A stretch of DNA of 64,000 nt from Mobula hypostoma (GCF_963921235.1 NC_086097.1:69566001-69630000), one strand, 5' to 3'; positions 50,221 through 63,131 are shown, counted from the first letter of the stretch. Made by a program: numbers and translations. Notes: generated from the letters alone by a model not told the origin.

Positions 50221-50990
50221 TGATTCAAAGATTCAAAGTACATTTATTATCAAAGTATGTACGTGGTATATAACCCTGAGTCTTCGCACAGTCAACCATG
50301 AAACAGAAAAAACCATGGAACCCATTCAAACGAAAATATCAAACCTCTAATGTACAAAGAAAAAGGACAAATCATGCAAATAGCAAAAAAAAGTGAAAAA
50401 CAAAATATAAAACATCAAATCACTAAGTCGTCAAAACAGTCCAGGATTGTTCATTTTCAGCTGAGTTCAGTTAATCCTAGCGCTGTGTTGTCTGTTGACT
50501 GCAGGCCACAGAGCCATTCTGTCCCGATCAAAATTACACAAAATAGCAACAAAAAAAAAGAGCAACCAGAAACACATCATAACATGAACTACAGAGTCCT
50601 CTCCACAAACTGCTTTGGTTAAACCTTGCCCAAGACCCAGGACTTTGGCACCATCCTCCAGCAGCAGCAAGTGAGAAGGAGGGAGGGAGAGACTGATCAA
50701 ATCAGGCACTTTCCTCTGGAGGCAGGCAGGCAGATGAATCTGAACACCTGTTCACCTTCCATTTTCATTCTCGTTGATTTCAATCTTTTTTCGCACCTTT
50801 AATTGTCGAGAAATTGAGTCCAACACGGGCTCATGCTCCATCTTTGCTTCCTTGCCTCCAGGCCACACACCGTTCGAAACCTCACTGAACTCCCTTGGAG
50901 ACAGCAAAATACCACAGTACACAATCAGCTCAAAAACACCCCTATAGTAACTGAATCATATTTGAAAGAAGAAGAAGTGGTAAAGGAATA
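50221..50990 (-). mobile_element. Non-autonomous retroposon, (CTTTGAAT)n tail
   Basis: GATTCAAAGATTCAAAGTACATTTATTATCAAAGTATG is the reverse complement of the tail at ~4100-4143. The distal boundary is approximate. Confidence 0.55.
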
Positions 50991-51319
50991 AATAGAAGTT
51001 CAATTGCATTATGTTTTTTTTTTGGATTTCCGCATTGCTATGTAGTTTCTCTCCCCATACTGGGAAATACCCATAAAATACTGAAAATGTCAATTGATAC
51101 TCATAAAAAAAAAATGAAAAGGTTACTCACTTTTTGTTTTGAAACATTTTTTAAAAATACTTTTGAATGGAAGGAAATAATAGAAAATTGTAGCTTTATG
51201 TTTTGATTTCCAAATTGCTTGGCTTCCTGGGCTGATAATTTACATTTTTTAGTGAAAGGTAATATTGCAAATGAGCTTTAATAACATCTCCACCTTGCTG
51301 GTAATCGGCACTGGCGCAC

Positions 51320-52655
51320 CTCAAAGGGTGTGTGCTTAGCCACTGTTGTACTGTCTCTACGTCCATGACTGTGTGGCTAGGCACAGCCCAAATGCCATCT
51401 GTCAAATAGCTGTCAACACAACTATTGTTGGCAGAAAATCAAATGGTGATGAAAAGAAGGGAGATAGATCAGCTGGTTGAGTGCTGTTACACCAACAAAA
51501 CATTGCGCTTAGTTTCAGTAACACCAAAGAACTGATTGTGGACTTCAGAAGGGATAAGAACATGCACCGGTCCGCATAGAGGGATCGGAAGTGGAAAGGG
51601 TGAGCAATTTTGAGTTCCTGGGTGTTGTCATCTCTGAAGATCTATCCTGGCCCCAACATATTGATGTAGTTATAAAGAAGGCACAACAGCAGCTCTATTT
51701 CTTTAGAAGTTTGAGGAGATTTGGTATGTCACCAAAGACACTCTCAAATCTGTACAAATGTTTCAAAGGTACATTCAATGTCAGAGAAATGTATACAATA
51801 TACAGCCTGAAATACTTTTTCTTCACAACCATCCACGAAAACAGAGTGCCCCAAAGAATGAATGATAGTTAAATGTTAGAACCCCAACCCTGCCCAGCTC
51901 CCCCCACCCACGCATAAGCAGCAACAAAGCAACGATTCCCCTGTCCCCACCAGCAGCAATAGCCTCGGTGCCCCATCACCGAGCACTCGAGCATGCAACA
52001 AAGCATCATTTAAGACACAGACTTGCAGTACCCCAAAGACTGCTCATTCACCCGGTAATTTAACATACCACAGGCTCTCTCTCTCTCCCTAAGGAGGGAA
52101 AAAGAGTTGGCCCCATTTCACAGCAAGAGGGGAGACATAACAAACAACTCGCTGATTAAGTGGAGAACATTCTAACTGGCTGTATCACCATATGGTGTGA
52201 GGGTGGCACTGCATAGGATCAAAATAAGCAGCAGAAAATTGTGATCCCAGTCAGTTCCATCATGGGCACTAGCCTCCCCAGCATCCAGGTCATCTTCAAG
52301 GAGCGTTGCCTCAAAAAGGTGGCATCCATCATTAAGGACCCCCATCACTCGGGACATGTCCTCTTCTCGTTGCTACCATCAGGGAGGAGGTACAGGAACC
52401 TGAAGGCTCACACTCAACGATTCAGGAGCAGCTGCTTCTCCTTTGCCAGCAGATTTCTGAATGGACATTGAACCCATGAACACTACCTCATTACTTTTTT
52501 CCCCTCTCTTTTTGCACTACTTATTTAATGTAACTTTTCTTAGTTTCTATGTACTTAATTTTTGGTTTTTGTTAATATGTATTGCAATGTACTACTCCCG
52601 CTAACAGCAAATTTCATACACATGCCTGTGATATTAAACCTGACTCTGATTCAGA
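51320..52655 (+). mobile_element. Rex1/Babar LINE 3' portion, interrupted at ~51760-52158 by an antisense retroposon end
   Basis: PQ.CVLSP.LY.LY.HDC, TKELIVDFR, VERVSNFEFLGV.ISEDLSW, then ILTGCITIW...HSGHVLFSLLPSGRRYR. Confidence 0.87.
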
Positions 52656-53164
52656 ATTTTACTTTGTGTTTGTTTCAAGTACAGTCAATATAGTTTATAT
52701 TTTGTCATTAATTTTGAAACTGTGTACAATATTTAGAAATTCCTTTGGCCAAAAATATACAACTGCATTATTACCCAGCGAGTTGAAATTCCATGATTAC
52801 CAACAGCATTGTTATTGTCAAATTTCTCCTCCAGTTGTTTGCTTTTTTTCTTGGTTTCCTTCAGTACTTACCTGCAATGTAATTGAACTCAACTTTTCAA
52901 AATTACTGTTCGATAGTTTATAGTATGTACATTTTCCAATTTTTTTTATTGGCTGCAGTGCTGTTGACATGGCAAACGGTGGCAAGATATATTAAATTCT
53001 GTTTAGACGATATTTTACTGAAAATGTATTGAAATAGGCATGCCACTTTGTGAGATAATGATTGATAACGGTACTTTGAAATATAATTTTATTTGATTCT
53101 CAACAGTTATTCAATTTGTCTCTAATTTCATGTTACCAATATTTATTTTCCCTTGTGTTTCCAG

Positions 53165-53303
53165 GAAAGCAAGTCTTGCTCTTGTTCGAAAGATGGTACA
53201 TTATTGTTCTGAGGCACTTCTGAAGGAAGTGTGTGATTCAGATGCTGGCCACAACTTGCCTACAGTTTTGGTAGAAATTACAGCCACAGTCCTGGATCAA
53301 GAG
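53165..53303 (+). CDS. HECTD1: HECTD1 coding exon 10
   Basis: [69 protein letters not shown]; 139 nt. Confidence 0.97.
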
Positions 53304-53736
53304 GTCAGACTGTGTGTTTAAAAAATAAAATCTCATTTACAGCAGAGTTTAAATACTTTTATATACTGGATATCAATTAATATTAGTTTATCAGGTATCT
53401 TCTGGTGCCCATTTCAAAAGGTTAAATCTAAGACAAAAAGTTGAATTAAATTATTATTGTGGAAAAGCAAGATGGGTCACATAGGCCGATTAAATGTAAT
53501 ATGTTAAAATCGTCATTGCATATTTTAAGTATGTTTACTGAGCTGATAATCTCCATGAAGCAATGTGAATGTTAATGCTAAATCTTTATCTGTAAAGGGT
53601 AGGACATGGATTTCCCATGGATAACAATAAACAGAAATACCGCTGCGATGCTTTTCTTTGTGTCGAATGCACCCTTATAAACATAAGCCCTGTCATGTTC
53701 CATGAATATTAATACACCTTAATAAGTATATTCAAA

Positions 53737-53966
53737 ACACAAAATATTCTGCAGATGCTGGGGTCAAAGCAACACTGACAACATGCTGGAGGGACTCAGC
53801 AGGTCTGGCAGCATCCGTGGAAACGATCAGTCAACGTTTTGGGCCGGAACCCCTCATCGGGTCCTGCAGCAGTCCTGATGAAGGGTTCTGGCCCGAAACG
53901 TTGACTGATCGTTTCCAGGGATGCTGCCCGACCTGCTGAGTCCCTCCAGCATGTTGTGAGGGTTGC
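53737..53966. mobile_element. Palindromic Penelope-derived non-autonomous insertion (230 bp)
   Basis: Flanked by the direct repeat (T)AAGTATATTCAAA (53723-53736, 53967-53980). 94-bp inverted arms 53768-53861 and 53874-53967 with about 8 mismatches. Confidence 0.9.
53870..53907 (+). ncRNA. Minimal type I hammerhead ribozyme motif
   Basis: CAGTC-CTGATGA-A-GGGT-TCTG-GCCC-GAAA-CG-TT-GACTG: stem I CAGTC/GACTG, conserved CUGAUGA and GAAA boxes, stem II GGGU/GCCC, palindromic ACGU in place of stem III, NUH site GUU. Activity not demonstrated. Confidence 0.7.
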
Positions 53967-54029
53967 TAAGTATATTCAAATATTTAAGTACTTAAGAGTA
54001 AATGATCATGGACAACAAACATTCTCTTA

Positions 54030-54490
54030 TAAGACCATAAGACACAGGAGCAGAATTCGGCCATTCCATTATGGCTGATCCCGGATCCCACTCAACCCCA
54101 TACATCTGCCTTCTCGCCATATCCTTTGATGCCCTGACCAATCAGGAAACTGTCAACTTCTGCTATAAGTATACCCAGGGATTTGGCCTCCACCTCAGTC
54201 TGTAGCAGAGCATTCCACTGATGCACCACTCTCTGGCTAAAAAAAAAATCCTCCTTACCTCTGTTCTAAAAGGTTCCCCTCATTTTTGAGGCTGTGCCCT
54301 CTTGTTCTGGATACCCCCAGCATAGGAAACAGCCTCTCCACATCCACCTTATCTAGTTCTTTCAACATTAGGTTGGTTTTAATGAGATTTCTTTCACCCC
54401 ACCCCCAGCATTCTTCTAAATTCCAATGAGTACAGGCCTAAAGCTGCCAAATTCTCTTCATGTTAACCCCTTCATTCCTTGAAATCATTC
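54030..54490 (-). mobile_element. CR1 LINE 3' end
   Basis: (ATAAGACC)n tail; closely similar to 27803-28280. Confidence 0.88.
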
Positions 54491-55059
54491 CCTTGAAACC
54501 TGCAAGGAGGAATTGGTTCTGAAATCACAAGGTGGAAGTATATAAATAGGGAACGCTCCAAGATAGCACACAACAGGGAGCCATTTGACACAAACAGTCT
54601 GAAAGTAGATAAGCACACTTATACCATGATGGATTGCTCTTTGTATTCATAAAGGCTTGGGAAATTATTGAAACAATTGTTCTGAGGGACAGGATTAATC
54701 AATATTTGGAAAGCTAGGAATTGGTCATGGATAGTCAGGATGACTGTGGGTGGGTAATGCTTTCTGGCAATTGAAGCCTCTTAAAGAGGCAGCTAAATAA
54801 CTTTAGTAAGGAAATTGTAGTTGATGTGGCTTAAAAGGACAATGGAATTCTGGTCCAAAAATTTGGAGCCCATGGGATCCAAGGTAAGTCAGTGTAATGG
54901 TGGTTGGTGCTATTGCCAGTGATCAGTGTGCCACAGGGATCAGATCTGCCTCCTTGATGTTTTTTTAATAAATGTAACATTGTGAACATTGGATTAATAA
55001 GTTTCTCGATAACATGAAAAGTGGTAGCATTAATGGTGAGTAAAGTATACTAAAGTTTT

Positions 55060-57660
55060 TAAGACCATAAGATATAGGAGCAGAACTTGGTCATTTGGCC
55101 CATTGAGCCTGCTCCACTATTTCATCATAGCTGATCCATTTTTCCTCTGAGCCCCAACCTCCTGTCTTCTCCCCGTAACCCTTCATGTCCTGACCAATCA
55201 AGAATCTATTAATCTCTGCTTTAAATATACATAAAGACTTGGCCTCCACAGCTGCCTGTGGTAACGAATTCCACATATTCACCACTCCCTGGCTGAAGAA
55301 ATTCCTCCTCACCTCCAATCTAAAAGGATGCCCCTCTATTTTGAGTTTGTCCCTCTGGTCTTAGACCCTCCCACCAGGGAAAACATCCTTTCCACTTCCA
55401 CTCTATCAAGGCCTTTCACCATTCGATAGGTCTCAACGAGGTCACCGCTCATTCTTCTAAATTCCAGTGAATACAGGCCTAGAGCCTCCAAATGCTCTTC
55501 ATGTGATAAACCGTTTAATCCCGGAATGATTTTGGTGAACCTCCTTTGAACCCTCTTCAGTTTCAGCACATCCTAAGATGAGGAGACCAAAACTGCACAC
55601 AATACTCCAAGTGAGGCCTCACCACTGCTTTATAAAGTCTCAGGATTACATACTTGCTTTTATATTCTAGTCCCCTTGAAATGAATGATAACATTGCATT
55701 TGCCTTCCTCACCACAGACACAACCTACAAATTAGCCTTTAGAGAATCTTGCACAAGGACTCCAAATTCCTTTGTGCCTCAGATTTTTTTTTCAACAATA
55801 TTTTTATTGTTTTTTTAAATAAAGGGAGCATAGCATAAAGGAGATTTGGGCAGTGCCTCAGATTTTTGTATTTTCTTGCCATTTAGAAAATAGTCACTCC
55901 TTTCATTTCTTCTACAGAAGTGCATGACCATACACTTCCTTCCAAAGTGACCTCACATTTACCAACATTGTACTCCATCTGCCAGACCCTTGCCCACTCA
56001 CTTAACCTATCTTTATCTCTCTCCAAACTCTCTGTATCTTCTGCACAATTTGCTTATCCACTCAATTTAGTATCATCCGCAAACTTAGGTACACTGCACT
56101 CAGTCCCCCCTTCCAGATCGTTAATGTATATCGTGAACAGTTGCGGGCCCCTGTGGCACACCGCTCCATCTGCCACTTCTTTGCCCATTCTCCTCATCTA
56201 AGTATTTCTATAGCCTCCCTATTTCCTCAAAACTGCCTGCCCCTCCACTTGTCTTTGTATCAGCTGCAAACTTTGCATCAAAACCATCAATTCCATCATC
56301 CAAATCATTGCCACATAGCATAAAAAGAATTGGTCCTAACACAGACCCCTGAGGAACATGACAAGTCATTGGCCCCCAATCAGAGAAGGCTCCCTTTATT
56401 CCCACTCTTTGCCTCCTGCCAATCGGCCACTGCTTTATCCATGCTAGAATCTTCCCTGTAATACCATGGGCTTGTAGCTTGTTAAGCAGCCTCATTTGTG
56501 GCACTTAGTCAAGGTCTTCTGAAACTTCAAGTACACAACATCCACTGATTTTTCTTTGACTATCCTGCTTGTTATTTCTCAAAGAATTCCAACAGATTTG
56601 TCAGGCAAGAGGAAACCATGCTGCCTGTGGCCTATTTTATCAAGTGCCTCCAAGCACCCCAAAACCACATCCTTAACAACGACACCAACATCTTCCCAAC
56701 CACTGAAGTCAGACTATAATTTCCTTTCTTCTGCCTCTCTCCCTTCTTGAAGAGTGGAGTGACATTTGCTATTTTCCAGTTTTCTGGAACCGTTCCAGAA
56801 TCTAGTGATTCTTGAAAGATCATTGCTAATGCTTGTACAATCTCTTCAGCCTAGGTGGACACCATCTGGGCCAAGTGACTTATCTATCTTTTAGACCTTC
56901 CAGTTTCCCAAGAACCTTCTCTCCAGTCATGGTAAATTTGCACACTTCATGACCCCTGGCACCTGGAAATTCCTCCATACTGCTAGTGTTTTCTACAGTG
57001 AAGACTGATGCAAAATACTTATTTAATGTATCCATCATTTCTTTGTCCCCTGTTACTACCTCGCCAGCATCGTTTTCCAGTGGTCCGATTTCTTCTCTTG
57101 CCTCTCTTTTATACTTTATGTGCCTGAAGAAATTTTGGTATCCTCTGTAATATTACTAGCTAGCTTACTTCCATGTTCCATCTTTACTTTCTTAACGACT
57201 TTCTTAGTTGCCTTTTGTTGGTATTTAAAAACTTCCCAATCCTCTAACTTCCTACTAATTTTACTCAATGATGTGCCCTTTCTTTGGCTTTTATGTTGGC
57301 TTTGGGTTCTCCTCTTAGCCATGGTTGTGTCAGCTTGCCTTTGGAATACTTCTTCCTCTTTAGGATTTATAGATCCTGTGCCTTCCGAATTGTTTCCAGA
57401 AATTCCAGCCGTTGCTGCTCTGCCATCATTCCTGCCAGTGTCCTTTTCTAATCAATTCTGGCTCACTCTTCTGTAATTTCCTTTACTCCACTGTAACACT
57501 GATACATCTGACAAACTTCTGTTTCTCAAATTTCAGAGTGAATTTGATCATGTTATAATCACTTGCCCCTCAGGGTTCTTTTACTTTAAGCTCTGGTTCA
57601 ATTCTGGTTCATTGCACAACATCCAATCCAAAATGGTGGGCTGAGCCACGAGCTGCTCAT
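55060..57660 (-). mobile_element. CR1 LINE, long ORF2 fragment
   Basis: ORF pieces LKLKRVQRRFTKIIPGL, RLLNKLQAHGITGKILAWIKQW..GRRQRV.I.G..S.W......VPQGSVLGPILF....NDLD......AKFAADTK, IFQESLDSG.VPENWKIANVTPLFKKG. Confidence 0.92.
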
Positions 57661-58005
57661 GTAGTATCTTGGTGTCTCCAATGGAATATCTTAGGAAATT
57701 TTACTGCCTACATCACTATATAAATTCAAGGCATTAGAATTAAAAATTAATATAGCTGAGTATTACACCACATTTTTATACCTTTAATTGAACTTTGATA
57801 TTCAATACAGAACTAGATTTGTATTCTAAGGCTATGCTAGTTTTTTAAGTGTTAAAGTTGGGTACTTATCTTCAGTGGCTGAACAATCAGTGATTTTATT
57901 GTGTCATGTCCTATTGTGGAAAAATATAAGTGTAAACATAAAAACTAAGCTCTTGAGAATAAAGCTTAATTTATATTGCAGCAGTGTGATTTTCTTTGGT
58001 TATAG

Positions 58006-58176
58006 GACGACGATGATGGCCATTTACTAGCTCTGCAGATCATTAGAGATCTTGTAGATAAAGGAGGTGACCTATTTCTGGATCAACTTGCGAGGCTTGG
58101 GGTAATCAATAAAGTATCCACTTTGGCAGGACCATCTTCAGATGATGAGAATGAAGAGGACTGCAAGCCTGATAAG
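58006..58176 (+). CDS. HECTD1: HECTD1 coding exon 11
   Basis: [78 protein letters not shown]; 171 nt. Not in the ORF track. Confidence 0.97.
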
Positions 58177-58833
58177 GTGATAATATTTTATTTAATGTTA
58201 TGAATTTTCAGACAGAAAATCATCTTACAATTGCAGTTTTACAATTCCTAACAAACATTTGGAATTACTGTGATAATAGAAACATAAAATGAAGCCTTGA
58301 ATTCAGCTCACCATACATCAAGAGGTGTAATTGTTCTCTACAGATTATTTGTATCTTTTTATCCTGCAGATCTTTTTATTTTGCTATATATTGTGACTTT
58401 CAGATACTGTTTCTATCTGGAACAGATACAGTCCTGTGGAAAATGAAGCTTCTATTCTTAAAGTGAAATTTATTTACTGTCCTAGAGTTGATTTCAAAAC
58501 TCTACTTCAAAAATCAGTGCATCTGGCATCCCTCAGCTGGAGGACATTTTTTTTCCCGAATTTTTAAATGATAAGGCATGAAATAAATGAAAGCTTCATC
58601 TGTGACATTTGGTATTGAGCAAAATATGGCAGAAATAATTAGTTGTCTGTAGTTATTCATAATTTTTTAACCTGAAATTGCACAAGTCATTTGTACTGGA
58701 TAATTTAAAGCCCATTTTAGCAATTGATGGGAAAGATATGGACTACATTTATGTAGTACAAGAGCTATTAAAGCTTTATCTGTGAACTTCTATTGCATTT
58801 CATCTGCTAGATTCCAGCCTAATGGCAGTATTT

Positions 58834-59119
58834 TTATTTATTTATTTTGGTGCGTGCGTGTCTGTGTGTCTGCGTGTGCATGCGTCCGTGATGATGTCCT
58901 TTACAGGGCGCGGAGCGAGAGAGAGACGGTGTGACACACCACTCCTCACACAGACATTTTCACAGTATTTTTCCCTTCAGTTTACGAGGTCGAGTTGCGA
59001 TCTCGGCACTCACCCTGGCACGAATGGAAAGTGTACTCGGGAGCAGACCCAACTGGTTTCGAACCCGGGAACCTCCGCTCCCGGGTCCGGCGCCAATGTC
59101 ATTGCGCCACCAGCTGGCC
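58834..59119 (-). mobile_element. Young tRNA-derived SINE
   Basis: 16-bp TSD CCTAATGGCAGTATTT (58818-58833, 59120-59135). Minus strand A box TGGCGCAATGA and B box GGTTCGAAACC (59055-59065). (TAAA)n tail; CpGs retained. Confidence 0.92.
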
Positions 59120-59449
59120 CCTAATGGCAGTATTTAGTAATCAAATGCTGTACAACAAATATTTCTCATTATGAAGATGGCACGAAGTTTAAAAAAAAAG
59201 AACTGGATTCACAGAGTACCTGTGTCCGCATTGGCCACCCCAAATTCCCAATTATAAGTCATTTCAGTTCTCCTTCGCACTTCTGCACCTACCTATATTT
59301 CATGTCTTCCCCACTGCCGGTTTCAGATCCAATACAAACTAGAGCAACACCTGATTCTATATCTGTAGTAACCCTTAACTGTGGTTTCCTTTGGCTCCTG
59401 CACTCTCCCTTCAGGTCCTCCTATTTCTGTTGCCTTTCTGGTACTGAGC

Positions 59450-62430
59450 GTATACTTTCTATCCCTCCAACCCTATCCTTACCACCGCGTCGACCTGCAA
59501 GTGAACCTTCAGGAAATCATGTACAAGGACTCTCCTTTGCATTTCTGATTTTGAATTTTCTCCACGTTTAGAAAATAGACATGCCATTATTCCTTCTGCC
59601 AAAGTGCAAGACCATACATTTCCCTCCACTGCATTCTGCCACTTCTTTGCCCAATCTCCCAATCTATCCTGCAGACTCTCTGCTTCTTCAACACTACTTG
59701 CCTCTCCACTTATCTTTATCATCTGCGAACTTGGCCACAAAGCCAAAAATTCCGTTATCAAAATCGTTGATGTATAATGTGAACAGAAGCATTCCCAATA
59801 CCAACTCCTGCGGAACACCACTAGACACCAGCAGCCAACCAGAATAGACCACCTTTATTCTGACTCTTTGCCTCCTGCCGATCAGCTAATCTTCTCTGTG
59901 TGCTAGTAACTTTCCTGTATTACCATGGACTCTAACCTTGTTAAGCAGCCTCATGTGCAGCACCTTGTCAAGGCTTCCTGAAAATCCAAGTAAACAACAG
60001 CCATTGACTCTCCTTGGTCTATCCTGCCTGTTACTTACTCAAAGAATTCCAACAGAGTTGTTATGTAAAATTTCTCCTTAAGGAATGCATGCTTACTCTA
60101 GCATGATAAAGCCTTCTTTATCATGCACCTCTAAGTACCCTGAAACCTCATTCTTAATAATGGATTCCAAAATCTTCCCAACCACTGAAGTCAGACTAAC
60201 TGGCCTATAATTTCCTTTTGTCTGTGGAGTGGCATTTGCAGTTTTCCTGTCCTCTGGAACCATTCCAGAATCTAGTGATACTTGAAAGATCATTACTAAT
60301 GCTGCCACAGTCTTTTCAGATATGAACCCGGGAGTGTAGTCTATCTGGTCCTGTTGACTTATCTACCTTCATACCTTTCAGCTCCATAAGCACCTTCTCA
60401 TTAGTAAAGCAACTACATTCACATCTGCCCCTGACGCTCTGAAATTTCTGGCATACTGCTGGTATCTTCCACAGTGAAGACTGATGCAAAATACTTATTA
60501 AATTTGTCTGCCATTTCTTTGTCCCCCATTACAACCTCTCCAGCATCATTTTGCAGCAGTCCAATCAATGTCCACTCTGGCCTCTCTTTTACTGTTTATA
60601 TACCTGAAAAAAACTTTGGTTATCTTCTTTGATATTTTTGGCTAGCTTATTTTCATATTTCATCCTTTCTCTCCTTATGTTTTTTTTTAGTTTCTTTCTG
60701 TTGGTTTTTAAAAGCTTTCCAATCCTCTAACTTCCCTCTGTTTTTGCTTTACCATATGCTCTTTCTTTTGCTTTTATGCTGCCTTTAACTTCTCTTGTCA
60801 CACATGGTTGCCTCATCCACTTCTTAGAATACTTCTTCATCTTTGAGGTTCATCTATCCTGCACCTTCTGAATTGCTGCCAGAAACTTCAGCATTTGCTG
60901 TCATCCCTGATGGTGCCCCCATCCAACCAGCTTTGGCCAGCTGCTCTGTCGTATATCTGTAATTCCTTTTACTCCAAAAATACTGATACATCTGACTTTT
61001 GCTTCTCTCTCTCAAACTGCAGGGTGAATGAGATCATATTCTGATCACTATCTCCCAAAGATTTCTCTACCTTAAGTGCCTTAATCAAAACTGGTTCATT
61101 ACACAACACCCAATCCCGAATAGCTGATCCCCTAGTGGGCTCAAGCACAAGCTGCTTTAAAAATTCATCTCATAGGCATTCTACAACTTCCCTCTCTTCG
61201 GATCCAGCACCAACTTGATTTTCCTAGTCTACCTTCATATTGAAAATCCCCCATGACTTTCGCAACATTACCCTTTTGACATGCGTTTTCTGTCTCCTGT
61301 TGTTATTTATATGTAACAACCTGGCTATTGTTGTATATAACTCCCATCAGGGTCTTTTTACCTTATTCCGTGTACTGCATGCATTCAAATATAACACCTT
61401 TAGTCCTATATTCATCACCCTTTTTGATTTTTGCCCTCCTGTTATACTTCAATTCATCCACTGACTGCAATTTTGCTCTATCATCTGCCTGTCCATCCTC
61501 ACACTCTACACATTGTATCAAGATGTATACCAATGGTCCTGTCCTCAGTCATATCACTCCAATTTCCAGCCCCCTGCCAATTTTGTTTAAACGCTCCCAA
61601 CAGCTCCAGTTAACCTGCCTACAACGATATTGGTCCCCCTTGGGTTCAGGTGTAACCTGTCCTTTTTGTTTAGGTCATACTTTCCACAGAAGAGATCCTA
61701 ATGATGAAGAAATCTGAAACCCTGCACCACTTCCTGGGCCATTCATTAATCTGTACCATTATCCTTTTCCTGCCCTGACTAGCACCTGGCAAAGTAGTAA
61801 CCCAGAGATGACTATCGTGGAAATCCTGTTCTTCAGCCTTTTCCCTATCTCCCTGTACTCACTGTGCAGGACTTCTTCTCCCTTTCTACTTGTGTCATTG
61901 ACGCTAGTTTTTCACCACGACCTGTGACTGCTGATCCTCCCTCTTGAGAAACTTCTGCAGCTGCTCTAAGACATCCTGGACCCTAGCACTTGGGAGGCAA
62001 CACACAATTTTTGTTTCTCTTTTGCAGCCATAGAATCTCTTATCCGTCATCCCTAACTATCAAGTTTCCTATCACTACCACTCTGCCTGACTTCACCCTT
62101 CCCTGCTGAGCCTCAGAACCTGCTACAGTGCCACTGGCCTGGCTGCTGCTGCTGCTAAGCTCTGATAGGTCAAACCCCCAGCAGTATCCAAATAGGTTTA
62201 CTAGTTGTGGAGGGGAATGGCCACAGCGGAAACCTGTACTGACTGCTTACTCCCCTTATTTCTCTTAGCTGTCACCCATCTACTATCTGAAACCTGCACT
62301 CTGGGTGTGACCACCTCAGTAAAAGACACGTATATGAAGCTTTCAGCCTCCTGGATGGTTGTGAGTGCATCCAGCTCCAGTTCCTTGACATTTGTCAGTC
62401 AGAAGCTGAAGTTGGGTGCACTTCCTGCAG
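59450..62430 (-). mobile_element. CR1 LINE, long degenerate fragment(s) from RT through endonuclease to ORF1 esterase
   Basis: IFQVSLDSGMVPED.KTANATP...GNYRPVSLTSVVGKILESII (60093-60308). ORF1 motifs RVVVIGNLIVR and IVCCLPSARVQDV at ~61970-62085. May be a composite of more than one copy. Confidence 0.85.
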
Positions 62431-62871
62431 ACAGTAGTCATCAGGGAGACTGTTAGGTACCCTGAAATCACATATCTCGCAGGAGGAGCATTCCACTACC
62501 TTAACTACCATCCTGCCTACACTTTTCATGCTTCTAACTTCTCGGATTTAAGGTCTAATCTGTGCCTGCTGAGCTTAAACTTGACCACTCTAACACTAGC
62601 CACATTAGGCCAAAGCCTGATCACTGACACAATGGCTGGCTCAATAATAGCCGCTTGGCATCAGCAGGATGACAGCTTAAGGACACTTGAGCTGATGGCA
62701 TTCTCCACAAGAGTCCAGTGATTCAGCGTTAAATTCTTGAGAGCTTGTACGAAGTGTAATTAATGTAAGTACAGTAAATCATTTGTGAATGGGAGAACAA
62801 CTGCTTATTGAAAGGTAAGTAAAATATATTTGATTTAATTTAGTTTAAAAATTTGTGTGGATGGGAGGGAT

Positions 62872-63131
62872 TCATTTCATTTATTTAGTTATTTAGAGGT
62901 ACAGCACATTAACAGGCCCGTCTGGCGCAATGAGCCCGCCCTGTTACACCCATGTGACTAATTAACCACTATCCCATACGGCTTTGGAATGTGGAAGGAA
63001 ACCAGAGCACCTGGAGGAAACCCACATGGTCAGGGGAAATGTACAAACTCCTTACTGACAGTGGTGGGAATTGAGCCTAGGTCACTTGTGCTGTAATAGT
63101 GTTGTGCTAATCACTACGCTATGATGCTGCC
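62872..63131 (-). mobile_element. V-SINE (HE1-like)
   Basis: V-domain GGAATGTGG.AGGAAACCAGAGCACCTGGAGGAAACCCAC..GGTCA.GGG...TGTACAAACTCC in reverse, tRNA-like head near 63060-63131, (ATTT)n tail. Confidence 0.85.

Noticed and set aside
59045..59119. tRNA gene on the minus strand
   Set aside because: A and B boxes are present, but there is no proper acceptor stem or T-run terminator. It is the head of a TSD-flanked SINE.
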